A stretch of 64,000 nucleotides of DNA from a virus. Positions 28,038 through 37,064 of this stretch are shown here, piece after piece. The notes below the pieces were generated by a model that was given only the letters and a program-made list of their open reading frames with translations, did not search any database and was not told the DNA's origin. The stretch lies in the IMG/VR virus record IMGVR_UViG_3300045993_000562, positions 12,148 to 76,147 of that record, one strand, 5' to 3'. How positions within the stretch are numbered: position 1 is the first letter of the stretch; each line of letters opens with the position of its first letter. The position numbers and the translations under genes are program-made.

Positions 28038-29729
28038 TTACGCTTGTATTCCATCGTACTCCTCCATCAATCGTCCACGGATTTGAGCCAACGTCTGTTC
28101 TTTAACCAGTACGCCGTCCTTGAAGACTACCTCCAAGCAACCTTGAGCTTCTTGCTCCCAAGTCTGTTGGTCGTACAGAACGTACTTACCGTCCTCACGT
28201 TCAACACGGAGTAAACCCTTGGCGGATTTCTTCATGCCGTCATCAGTCTTTGGATCTTTGAACAACTCACGGAACTCACCATCAACAATAGCCGCTGTGG
28301 CTTTAACTGCCATTCCATAAGAGTCTCTCGTAACAAATTGGTACGAAAAGCTACCGACGCCATACACGGAATTACCACTAGAGAAGCCTTTTCCAGCCAA
28401 TATAGCACAAATTTCTTCTGCACGACTGACGGTTATAGAGTCACCGTAGATAAGTCCTACACGTTCATGTAGTTGCTTGAATCCCTTATCGGTAATAGTG
28501 CCCCCAAATATACCCCATAAACATTCGACTGCACCTACAGCTTCAGGTACAGAGATTTGACGACCGTACGTCATTACTAGGCTGTCGTCCTCATAGTCAC
28601 CAAGGGCTGAGGCCGTATGGTATATACCTCTATTCTTCACGGCTTCATAGCAGTTCTCCCAGAACTTAACTACGTTGGAATATACTTCAAGACTACCATC
28701 TATTGAAGTATTCCACACTTTATGACCACATAGTATCTTTACAGGATCACCACTATCTGGGCGGAATACTACCTTTGCCATACCAAGTGCATTCACTGGG
28801 CGGTTCAGAATCACTTCCTTAAGCTCATGGGCCGTGATGGTGATGACCTTCCAGAAGTCCCAAGTATCCGACACTACCGAGACAATACCTGATGGGGTAA
28901 CTTCTGTAATCAGGCGACGAATGGTTTCTACTTCATTCTCGTTCCCACCAGCGCAGATTACACTATGCTCGCTGGCCGGAACACTACCTCCTACCATCTC
29001 TTTTTCCGCATCGGCACCATAGAAATTCTCGGCGTAGTCAATAGCCGCTATGGTATCTGTACCGAAGAAAGAAATTAGGTGACCTAATCCGGATTGAGAA
29101 GCATCATGTAAACCAGAAAGCCCACGCTCACTAAAGTCGTGAGCTTGCCACTTGACGAAGTCGGGATGAACACCGGTCAACTCTGCATACTTGCGCAGAA
29201 TCTTGTAGTACTCAAATGCAGTAGTAGCACTAGTGATAGTCTTCCAAGTTTCGCAAGACAGGGACGTCTCTAGATAATTAGTCAACCAGAAGAAATCAGG
29301 ATGCGTATTCTTGATAGTGTAGACAGGAACCCGCATAGGAACCAAACTACCTTCAGGCAATGCCTTTATCTCAATAGGCATATATCCTAGATCGTGTAGG
29401 GCTTCAAATCTGGCCATAGAGACCGAGTCGGGACCTAGTGCCGCATCCATACGACGTTTGTACTTTGCGACTACCTCATCCTTTGGTTGACTGAAGAACT
29501 CTTGATTCCAGCAGTCTATGAGGAACCATTTGATAAAACCTTGTAGTCCTGCAAAGACCACCGTCTCTGGGCATCCGTCATCAGATCTAATGTGCTCCGA
29601 ACGACTAGCCGAACGCGGTGTCATATTTGAGTAGATCATTTCAGTACCTTTGGGGTACATTTCCGCATGTGAGACTTTGTAGAAATCACATGCTGTCAGG
29701 GGGTTTATTGGGAAATACGATTTTGACAT
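28038..29729 (-). CDS. Nicotinamide phosphoribosyltransferase-family protein (likely Namat)
   Basis: DFYKVSH, HDFSERG, ASEHS, SVVSDTWD, RPDSG, KKSAKG. Confidence 0.88.
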   Translation of the reverse strand: MSKSYFPINPLTACDFYKVSHAEMYPKGTEMIYSNMTPRSASRSEHIRSDDGCPETVVFAGLQGFIKWFLIDCWNQEFFSQPKDEVVAKYKRRMDAALGPDSVSMARFEALHDLGYMPIEIKALPEGSLVPMRVPVYTIKNTHPDFFWLTNYLETSLSCETWKTITSATTAFEYYKILRKYAELTGVHPDFVKWQAHDFSERGLSGLHDASQSGLGHLISFFGTDTIAAIDYAENFYGADAEKEMVGGSVPASEHSVICAGGNENEVETIRRLITEVTPSGIVSVVSDTWDFWKVITITAHELKEVILNRPVNALGMAKVVFRPDSGDPVKILCGHKVWNTSIDGSLEVYSNVVKFWENCYEAVKNRGIYHTASALGDYEDDSLVMTYGRQISVPEAVGAVECLWGIFGGTITDKGFKQLHERVGLIYGDSITVSRAEEICAILAGKGFSSGNSVYGVGSFSYQFVTRDSYGMAVKATAAIVDGEFRELFKDPKTDDGMKKSAKGLLRVEREDGKYVLYDQQTWEQEAQGCLEVVFKDGVLVKEQTLAQIRGRLMEEYDGIQA

Positions 29730-29737
29730 TTATACTC

Positions 29738-30574
29738 CTAAATCTCTATATGTTTAACAATTTTTGAATCCAACTTAGCCTCATCGAAGCAATGATGATA
29801 GTACAACTCATCTATTATTCCGTCAAGAACAGAAGTTCCGTACCCAGCAATGAGATGAGTTACATATAACATAACTTTACCATTAGTTAAGGGTTTTAAT
29901 TTTTTCCCTAATTCGACGTAGGTTTTCAATCCGTCCCCCACGTCATCTACAATGAAGAAGTCCTTATCCCCAATGTGTTCCGAGTATACGACGGTATCGG
30001 TTATTTTACCAGTAGCAACGTCCCGCACCTTATCAGCACGAACCACCTCTTTGACGTTCATGGCTTTAGCCACTTCCAGCACCTTTTTATTGGCACCAGC
30101 ATCAGGAGAGACTAGAACTAAGTTATTCCTGGCGTCAAGGGACATACGTGTAGTTGCATGAAACCCCAATATCAAAGAGGCCTTTTGTACGGTGCAATTG
30201 TCAAGCAACGCTGGAGTAACATCACTATGAGGGTCTGTTATCCAAACACCGTGTAACTTCATAGAGTTAATTAAGTCACAGAATACCTTTATGGAAAAGG
30301 ACTCTCCTTCCGAACAGACCCTATCCTGCCTCCCGTATGGGACATACGGCAGCTCTAAGCATATTGGCCCAGACCCCATACGGCGCAAAGCATCTACTAC
30401 CATTAGAAGTCTCATTACTCCGGCTGAGTCGTATAGGTACGCAATGATATGTATGCTATAGCTAATAATTACTTGCTTGTTATCATCAATACGTACGTAC
30501 TCTTCTCCCCCAGGAAACTTAGAGTATTTCATGGCTATAGGTCTACCACCAACTAATACTTCTATCTTCGACAT
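29738..30574 (-). CDS. Ribose-phosphate pyrophosphokinase-family protein (likely Adps)
   Basis: FPGGE, PYVPYGRQDR, DPHS, SPDAGA, IVDD, YVTH. Confidence 0.88.
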   Translation of the reverse strand: MSKIEVLVGGRPIAMKYSKFPGGEEYVRIDDNKQVIISYSIHIIAYLYDSAGVMRLLMVVDALRRMGSGPICLELPYVPYGRQDRVCSEGESFSIKVFCDLINSMKLHGVWITDPHSDVTPALLDNCTVQKASLILGFHATTRMSLDARNNLVLVSPDAGANKKVLEVAKAMNVKEVVRADKVRDVATGKITDTVVYSEHIGDKDFFIVDDVGDGLKTYVELGKKLKPLTNGKVMLYVTHLIAGYGTSVLDGIIDELYYHHCFDEAKLDSKIVKHIEI

Positions 30575-30583
30575 ACCTTCTCC

Positions 30584-30832
30584 TCAAAATAACGACACAG
30601 CACTTTCGACTTGAGGGGCATCTTTGGGATGCATCTCTCCGGGGCTACGAGTGACGTAGTAAGACTCATCAGGCACAGCAGTAACCTGAACACTATCCAT
30701 AGTACAACAAAATGGATCGGTAGGGTTAGCGTACTTGATTATCGTACAAGCAGTCTTGTCACCGGCTTTGAATCGCTCAACCTTAGATAATAACGCTCTA
30801 AGGTTTCTTTCAGACAGATAAATGTGTTCCAT
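30584..30832 (-). CDS. Hypothetical protein
   Basis: 82 aa, GGAG RBS. Confidence 0.6.
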   Translation of the reverse strand: MEHIYLSERNLRALLSKVERFKAGDKTACTIIKYANPTDPFCCTMDSVQVTAVPDESYYVTRSPGEMHPKDAPQVESAVSLF

Positions 30833-30834
30833 CT

Positions 30835-30950
30835 CTATTCTCCCATATCATCAATGTGACGTTCACCCTTAAGACCGGGGAACCTTGGCAAACCGCCCGG
30901 TTTAACTGGGCTCCTAAACTTGTAGGTGTAAATCTTACTTTTGAAGTTTT
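30835..30950 (-). pseudogene. C-terminal remnant of ATP-dependent DNA ligase (OB-fold end)
   Basis: Manual translation KSKIYTYKFRSPVKPGGLPRFPGLKGERHIDD*; PRFP..R motif. Confidence 0.55.
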
Positions 30951-31418
30951 CTATAAAGCCTCTAGATATATAACTCTCAACCACTCAGCGAATTGATGTT
31001 CCCTAAGATTCACGTACTGCTTCCTGACTTCATTTAATGTTTGGACGTCAGCACTTAGTTTGTATGAGTTCACTTTTACTCGAAGCTCGTTACGCTCCTG
31101 TACTAACTGATGAACAGCTTCATGTAGCTCGTAATCTGCGTCACTATTAGCCAAGTCAGGCATGTGCTCCCAACAACGCTTAGCATCCGAGGCGTACAGG
31201 TCTCGTTCTGTTTCAGCCAGATGGAGCCTCTTCTCTAACTCCGTATCTGCACCCATTAACTCCTGTGGCATCTTACTCTCGATAAACCCTCTGGCGTCCT
31301 TATTTGCAAAAGGATTGTGCTCGATAGGGTACGTTCCAAGTTCATCATCGGCTTTCGGGAAGTGGATGATCCTACAGTTGTTCCAGAGCCATTCAAGTTG
31401 TTTGTTAGTTGTAGTCAT
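30951..31418 (-). CDS. Hypothetical protein
   Basis: 155 aa. Confidence 0.6.
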   Translation of the reverse strand: MTTTNKQLEWLWNNCRIIHFPKADDELGTYPIEHNPFANKDARGFIESKMPQELMGADTELEKRLHLAETERDLYASDAKRCWEHMPDLANSDADYELHEAVHQLVQERNELRVKVNSYKLSADVQTLNEVRKQYVNLREHQFAEWLRVIYLEAL

Positions 31419-32218
31419 TATGTAGCATCTTTATGAGGTAACTTTCTAAAGCTCCATTTATTGAAGCCGTGTTGTTGAATACGATCTTTCTCTGTCAGCT
31501 CTGTAACTTCCTTCTCAGGACTACCCAGCACACCCCCGATGAACATAGAGATTTCCTGGAACGCAGTGTAAGGATCTACCATGCGTTGAAACTGTAAGTC
31601 TTTAAGATTAACGTTAGTCTCAATGATGTTGGTGACATGGATGATAGGAGACGCTACCGCACGGTGTAAATCAAGAATAACGTTCTTGCTCCACCTATCA
31701 CCCAACGGAAGTACTCTCTTAGAGTGATCGAAGTCTTTAACCATTCTACGTATGCGTTCAAGTTCGTAACCACGTTCAAGTTCTTTATCCACGACAAACT
31801 TGTATGCAGTTAAAATCGCTGAATTAGCAGAGGCGTTTTCATAGAAGGTTTCCCATTTCTGTCCCAAGAAGTCGTTAGTTTCCAATGGCACTCTTACTTT
31901 GCAGTATGGATATACTTTACCGCAGAACAGAATTACTCCACGAGTCAGTATAGCGGTATTGACGTTGAAAGAGTTAAACCTGGGAAACTTTAGTCCCCCT
32001 ACATCCAACTCAAACTCAGTACCGTTTGGGAGTACCACTGACGGCTTATAAGGTTCAGTCTTAACCTCTACGAACTTAGTAGGAAGGTCTTCACTACGTA
32101 AGGTAGGTAGGACCTTTTGATGAAACGTCCTAATCAACCTCTTGTACACGATAGTCTTGTCAATACCAGCGTGTACTACACCGTCGTAATAGTCATGATG
32201 TTTGCTCAATATAAGCAT
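31418..32218 (-). CDS. Conserved phage hypothetical protein
   Basis: DYYD N-terminus; DPYTAFQEISMFIGG...HGF..SFRK C-terminus; GGAGG RBS. Confidence 0.7.
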   Translation of the reverse strand: MLILSKHHDYYDGVVHAGIDKTIVYKRLIRTFHQKVLPTLRSEDLPTKFVEVKTEPYKPSVVLPNGTEFELDVGGLKFPRFNSFNVNTAILTRGVILFCGKVYPYCKVRVPLETNDFLGQKWETFYENASANSAILTAYKFVVDKELERGYELERIRRMVKDFDHSKRVLPLGDRWSKNVILDLHRAVASPIIHVTNIIETNVNLKDLQFQRMVDPYTAFQEISMFIGGVLGSPEKEVTELTEKDRIQQHGFNKWSFRKLPHKDAT

Positions 32219-32519
32219 TTGGATCCTCCAAGTATTGTTTAGCCAGGTCAAGCTCAGCTTGTAGTAGATTTTTACCAAAAACGGTGGTCTCGGGAAGAGC
32301 CTTCCCAGTCATATTAACAAAAGACCATATCTGATCCCCACTGATCCTGAAATAACCTACCCTACCGTGTCCAGGTATAGTTAAGTAAGCGTCCTTGTCT
32401 ACCCATAAAATAACGGTCCCATCCTGAGCTGATATACAGGTACCATCAGTCTCGGTATCTATAGTGTGGGAGTATATTGTGTCGTTTACACGAAACATCT
32501 TTAGAATAGTTATTGCCAT
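32193..32519 (-). CDS. Hypothetical protein
   Basis: 108 aa, AAGGAG RBS, promoter motif at 32548. Confidence 0.65.
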   Translation of the reverse strand: MAITILKMFRVNDTIYSHTIDTETDGTCISAQDGTVILWVDKDAYLTIPGHGRVGYFRISGDQIWSFVNMTGKALPETTVFGKNLLQAELDLAKQYLEDPNAYIEQTS

Positions 32520-32594
32520 TTGAATCTCCTTTAATTGTCTACATAATCTTATACCACCAAAGTTGGACTTTATTTAGCTAAAAAAACCAACTTG

Positions 32595-33215
32595 AAAAAC
32601 CTATTTAAAGCATCCTAAGTGCAGAGTCTATGTCCAGGAAAGGAGGGCAACTAGACACAGACAACTCAGGACGCTTTAAATAGTACCCTTATTCTAAATC
32701 GCTATAGTAACGAGGGTACTACGTACATTTGTACAACATACAAACTTACTCAACCGGGTTCAGGTTTAATTATAATGATGTTAAATCCACGCTCTACCGC
32801 TGAGCTACCCCAGTATTAACCGCCCTATTCTAAGGTAGTTAGCACTGGGAACGGGATTTGAACCCGCGCCTTGGATTAATAGTTGTATAGCCGAAGAGTG
32901 TTTGTACGTTTTTTACATTTACGATGTGTGGTAATACGATGATTATGACTATAAGTGCATACAATAATACCCGACGTCTGAATGCGTCTACCAATTCCGC
33001 CAACCCCAAGCTAACTACATTACTATGCAGTTAATTTGGAGTCCTGGAATCGAACCAGGAAAACTTCAGACGGAGTACATCCTATGCGTCATGATAACGA
33101 TAACGATGACCACAAATCTTCAATGCTGTACTACGAATTTAATGCCTAACTTGCCAGAATTCTCTTGGTACTCAAGGCACTGGACATGACCAACAAGTCA
33201 GGACTTTACCCTACC
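32595..33215 (-). ncRNA. Candidate structured RNA with two circularly permuted tRNA-like modules
   Basis: Modules 32975-33072 and 32784-32877 in order T-arm, loop-closed acceptor, D-arm; YATMRT repeats; 3' hairpins and U-tract; no ORF >=60 aa. Confidence 0.8.
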
Positions 33216-33219
33216 AGCC

Positions 33220-34011
33220 TTACCGAACGCCCACGTTAGTGGACTGCTCGTTCAGGGGAGCTAGAATACGCGAAATCAGCGTATCACCAATGGAGTCTTC
33301 TACAGCAACAGAAGTGTTAGCACGCATGCGGGCCTTTTTCACTTCACCGATCAGCTCGTCCACATTACGCAGAACTTGAGCCTTCTGTAGAGAGGTAGCT
33401 GCACCGCTATACGAGATAGTGGTATTTGTACCTACAACTACGTCCTGATTGATCTCTTTGATCTGAGCAGGATGTTTGTCGGTTGCTTCGTAGAGTACTA
33501 CTGGTGTCGTCTTCTTCTCTGTCTTGGTAGTGACATCAGGATTACGGGCCTTCCAGGCTGTACGGCCGGTGGAGGTATCCGCGTCCCACACTTTGGATGC
33601 GTCAAGTGTAGGCATCTGTGTCAACATACCGCGTAGATTAGTCAGACGAACTTCTAACCCCAGCAACTCATCAACAGGTACTTCACGGGCAATTACTGCG
33701 CCACCGAAGTACAAGTCAGAAGCTGCTGACTGGTTTGTTTTGTTCTTGCGGAAGATGATGTCTTCAGCTTTTGCCCAATGTTCAGCGTAGTATTCCAAAG
33801 TCTCTACTACTGTAGTTGGCAAAGCTTTGAACTCAGTGTTGGATACTTCCAACGCCTGGTTCTCAGGGCTATCCGCAATCATCTTCAAGGTCTTGTTGTG
33901 GCCTTTGAAGAATTGTTCTTTCTGGAACTTACCAGCAGTATCTGCGGTAAGAACAGACAATTGAGTTAGTAGACCCTTCTCAACTGCCAATAATTCGTGT
34001 AGCTGTGCCAT
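33220..34011 (-). CDS. Uncharacterised protein directly upstream of the permuted-tRNA RNA
   Basis: 263 aa; MAQLHELLAVEKG..., VLYEATDKHPAQ, SGA, VKKARMRAN; resembles a widespread unknown family (from memory, unverified). Confidence 0.75.
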   Translation of the reverse strand: MAQLHELLAVEKGLLTQLSVLTADTAGKFQKEQFFKGHNKTLKMIADSPENQALEVSNTEFKALPTTVVETLEYYAEHWAKAEDIIFRKNKTNQSAASDLYFGGAVIAREVPVDELLGLEVRLTNLRGMLTQMPTLDASKVWDADTSTGRTAWKARNPDVTTKTEKKTTPVVLYEATDKHPAQIKEINQDVVVGTNTTISYSGAATSLQKAQVLRNVDELIGEVKKARMRANTSVAVEDSIGDTLISRILAPLNEQSTNVGVR

Positions 34012-34012
34012 G

Positions 34013-34330
34013 TTAAGCTCCTTGTAGGTTATTCAAACGACGTGCGATCTCTTGTTTACCCTGATGTGGGGAGTACTTGCTAGATCCCTTCAGGAACTTC
34101 TGAATACGATTAGCCATGTTAGCTATCGCCAAGTTCAGGTCCCAGATTGGACGAACAATACCATACTTCTCTTTCAGTGTGTTATTAACACCCTGTTCGT
34201 GACGATGGTACCCTGTCAGCTTTTCCTCTTGAGCTGCAACGTCTGTGAATTGGTAGTCTGCATCACGACCAGACTGAGCTCGTTGTTCACGACGAGTAGC
34301 TTTTTGTTTCAATGTGTTACGTGCACTCAT
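34013..34330 (-). CDS. Hypothetical protein
   Basis: 105 aa, AAGGAG RBS. Confidence 0.65.
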   Translation of the reverse strand: MSARNTLKQKATRREQRAQSGRDADYQFTDVAAQEEKLTGYHRHEQGVNNTLKEKYGIVRPIWDLNLAIANMANRIQKFLKGSSKYSPHQGKQEIARRLNNLQGA

Positions 34331-34397
34331 TTTCCGCTCCTTAAAATAACGATGAAAGAAAGGCCGGGATCTGCACCCGGCCCTCCAGTTTGATCAC

Positions 34398-34817
34398 TTA
34401 GGCTACTGTAGGAGTCCAATCCTTAGGAACGGACTTCAGTTCAGCCCTGGTACCGGCTGGGATGCCCAGACCGATAGCAGATGCCAGAGGCAAGAAGTTG
34501 TTAGATGAAGCGCCGTATTGACGTGCACGTGCAACGCCTGCACATACTTTGTCGATGCCAGAGATCTGTTCCAACAGAGCTTGTTTTGCTTGAGCTTGTG
34601 TTGCGATGAAGCCGTCAGCGTTTTGGCTGAGGTTCAAGATTTCGTTTGCTGCTGCTTTCACAACTGCTGCTTTACGTTCTTGAGCTTCAGAACGCAATGC
34701 TGCTGCCAAGTCAGCGTTAACGCCCATGCCACCGAAGTCGGTAACTGCTTGTTCTACGTTAGCGTCAGCCAAACGAGCGATAGTTGCGATGTTTACTAAT
34801 GTGCCTACATTTGCCAT
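34398..34817 (-). CDS. Ala-rich helical hypothetical protein
   Basis: Start MANVG, AGGA RBS, promoter motif at 34926. Confidence 0.65.
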   Translation of the reverse strand: MANVGTLVNIATIARLADANVEQAVTDFGGMGVNADLAAALRSEAQERKAAVVKAAANEILNLSQNADGFIATQAQAKQALLEQISGIDKVCAGVARARQYGASSNNFLPLASAIGLGIPAGTRAELKSVPKDWTPTVA

Positions 34818-34954
34818 TTTGTTTATTCCTAGGAAAAAATGAAAGAAGATGTACCTCAACCTAAAGAAGAAGTACCTTTTACAGCCTCTGTACAGAGGTA
34901 TGAGAGTGTTTATGTCCCATACTGTGTTATACCACCATACATAGGAATATTGAA

Positions 34955-35155
34955 TTAAGAAACGAGTTGTTCTGAAGCGATTTTGATTAGTTGAGGTATG
35001 GACGCTATTGAATCTATGACCTCCAGTACGGCTCCGTCTGTCATATACACTACAGTTCCTTTACCAGAGCCCTTAATAGGTGCCATAGCCCTCAATATAT
35101 GATCAGTGTTAATCAGGAACGCTTCTCCTCCTACTAAATGCATAGTCACCAGCAT
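34955..35155 (-). CDS. Small hypothetical protein (FlbD-like pattern)
   Basis: FLIN.D.I...TVVYMTDG....V.DS. Confidence 0.45.
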   Translation of the reverse strand: MLVTMHLVGGEAFLINTDHILRAMAPIKGSGKGTVVYMTDGAVLEVIDSIASIPQLIKIASEQLVS

Positions 35156-35156
35156 G

Positions 35157-35396
35157 TTACTCTCCTAATGCAAGCTCAGCCACTCTGGCGAAAGCTTTAT
35201 CTACGTTATGTTTAACCTGCTCATCCGTAAGCTCACCGTTACCTCTACGGTGTGAATACGACCAATTACCTATGGCGTCCAGAATCTCCACAATCTTAGC
35301 TGGATGCAGACTCACCTCTCGGTAAAGCTGTATTCTGTGCATCAAACCCTCTAGCACAGAGTTATGGTATTTCAGTTCTTCTATGTCTAGTCCCAT
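35157..35396 (-). CDS. Hypothetical protein
   Basis: 79 aa. Confidence 0.6.
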   Translation of the reverse strand: MGLDIEELKYHNSVLEGLMHRIQLYREVSLHPAKIVEILDAIGNWSYSHRRGNGELTDEQVKHNVDKAFARVAELALGE

Positions 35397-35511
35397 GTTT
35401 AACCCTTTTAACTAAAAGAAGATGTTAGTCAGCCACGATGTTCTGTGGCCGCCTCAGCCTGGCTTATGGATTTCCAGCGTCCGCCCAATAGTCGCAACAC
35501 AACTGGATTCG

Positions 35512-35739
35512 TTAACAATAAGGTTCGTCGCCTTCCTCGTCAGGTTTCGTCGGCGTGAAGAATGACAATTTTACCAGAAAGACTAGAGCAGAGATGACCA
35601 GAACTGACACTACTACGGCTAGAACTATATGTCTAGTGCTGAGATCCCAAGTAGCCATCCATACAGCTACTATGAAAGCTACTAGTAGTCCTAGTAATAC
35701 TCTGGCTCCTTCTTGGGTACTTTCATAAATCGGTTCCAT
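35512..35739 (-). CDS. Small 2-TM membrane protein
   Basis: 75 aa, AGGAG RBS. Confidence 0.6.
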   Translation of the reverse strand: MEPIYESTQEGARVLLGLLVAFIVAVWMATWDLSTRHIVLAVVVSVLVISALVFLVKLSFFTPTKPDEEGDEPYC

Positions 35740-35757
35740 ATATTTCTCCTAAATTTA

Positions 35758-36084
35758 GAGTGACGAAGGTGTGCTATTACGCCAAAAAGCTCTAAGGGTC
35801 TCTACCGGCATCCCCCACTATTACTCTGCTGCTACCCTATAGTGAAGTTAAGTATTTATGCAAATGTTCCGCTCGGTTGCTAGATCCACCGACCAAACCG
35901 GTAAAACTGTATAGATGCTAACTTTGTCCGCTTGCGCTGGCGAGTTAGTACCATATCCTTCCCCCGCAGTTATACGATGGTATATCAGCCGTGATATTAT
36001 CCCCCGTCGAGGTATCTTACCCCATACGATCTGCTTGCTACTCATTAAAGATGGCTGCCTCTAAGCCAACTACCTACGCCACTC
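35758..36084 (-). ncRNA. Candidate RNA mimicking 23S rRNA helices 43-44 (uL11-binding domain) with large insertion
   Basis: 5' GTTGGCTTAGAGGCAGCCATCTTTAATGAG and 3' GCGTAATAGCACAC; closing stem GAGTGGCGTAGG/CCTTCGTCACTC. Confidence 0.75.
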
Positions 36085-36129
36085 ACGTAAATACCTTGGA
36101 GTACTTACGTGAGTAGTGTGTTATTAAAA

Positions 36130-36430
36130 ATCAAATGGGCCGGGATCATTATCACCCAGCCCACTCTATTCTAGCTCTGGTTAGAAACCGCTAGACAGGT
36201 TCCGCTTAGGCTTGTGCAGCCCATGCTCCTTGCGAGTCGTTTGCAGGTATTTTACTTTTGCCATTTACGTCGGTCAACTGACGATTCCATCGAATGTTAG
36301 TAATACTAGATCGAGTCTGTATCTGGCCCATTAAGAAGACCCCTTGGTAAGAGTCTTTTTGGTGGACCGGCCGGGGTACTGCCCCCCGGGTCTCCAATAT
36401 CTTTCGCATTCAATGCTTTACAGGTTACCC
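36130..36430 (-). ncRNA. ssrA: Circularly permuted (two-piece) tmRNA, tag (A)ANDSQGAWAAQA
   Basis: Acceptor piece ends CCGGTCC-A-CCA at 36360; 30-nt intervening hairpin; coding piece starts GGGCCAG at 36329 (G3-U70); resume codon GCA at 36244, stop at 36206. Confidence 0.9.
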
Positions 36431-36551
36431 TGTGAATTCTTCTTAAATAGAGGGCCTATTCTACCTCTACGTAGTTGTAAGTCCAGCTTGTATTTTAACA
36501 CAAGGGCGGAATCGAATCTATGTGTATAAGACTTATTTTGTAACACTGAGT

Positions 36552-37034
36552 TTAATCCACAATCTTAACCGGCTTGCAAACCCCGTCTAGATAGTCACGT
36601 ATGTGGTCTCTTACATCAGTCTCGGGTAACAGACGCATCATGGCTTTAAATCCTCGAATAATTCCCGGTATGAGGTATATCACAACGATAAACGCAATTC
36701 CAAGAAGACCGCCACCTATGTATATCGATGCCCCAAATAATAGGAGCACACGGATAAATGGGGACATAGTCCTAATGAATTCTGTTGCTTCATTAGGCAT
36801 ACCTAAACTGATTAATCCTAGTATGGAGAAAAGCAGGACTCCTATGGAGAAAAGCAGAATAATAACTGCTTTAGCCAAAGCCATTAGGATACTGCTAATA
36901 ACTTCGCAGGAGCTTTTAGTATCCTGTACATACTCACCAGAGTTATCCCAATGGAAGGTTGACTCTCTAAACCCACCAAACACTGCCAATTTAAACCAGA
37001 AGCTGCTGCGTGAAATAATCATTTTATCAAACAT
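36552..37034 (-). CDS. Hypothetical membrane protein
   Basis: 160 aa, 2 TM, AGGAG RBS. Confidence 0.65.
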   Translation of the reverse strand: MFDKMIISRSSFWFKLAVFGGFRESTFHWDNSGEYVQDTKSSCEVISSILMALAKAVIILLFSIGVLLFSILGLISLGMPNEATEFIRTMSPFIRVLLLFGASIYIGGGLLGIAFIVVIYLIPGIIRGFKAMMRLLPETDVRDHIRDYLDGVCKPVKIVD

Positions 37035-37064
37035 TCTTCTCTCCTGAAATTAAGGGTTAAATTA

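Noticed and set aside
32784-33072. Ordinary or intron-split tRNA genes
   Set aside because: Halves are in permuted order with no anticodon loop or CCA; joining halves across modules gives non-matching acceptor stems
35758-36084. True 23S rRNA gene fragment or host contamination; ORF 35848-36045
   Set aside because: Only two short motifs match, and they are split by an insertion and closed by their own stem; the ORF has no RBS and lies inside the structure
36206-36409. 67-aa ORF
   Set aside because: It is the tmRNA; only the last 12 codons are the tag
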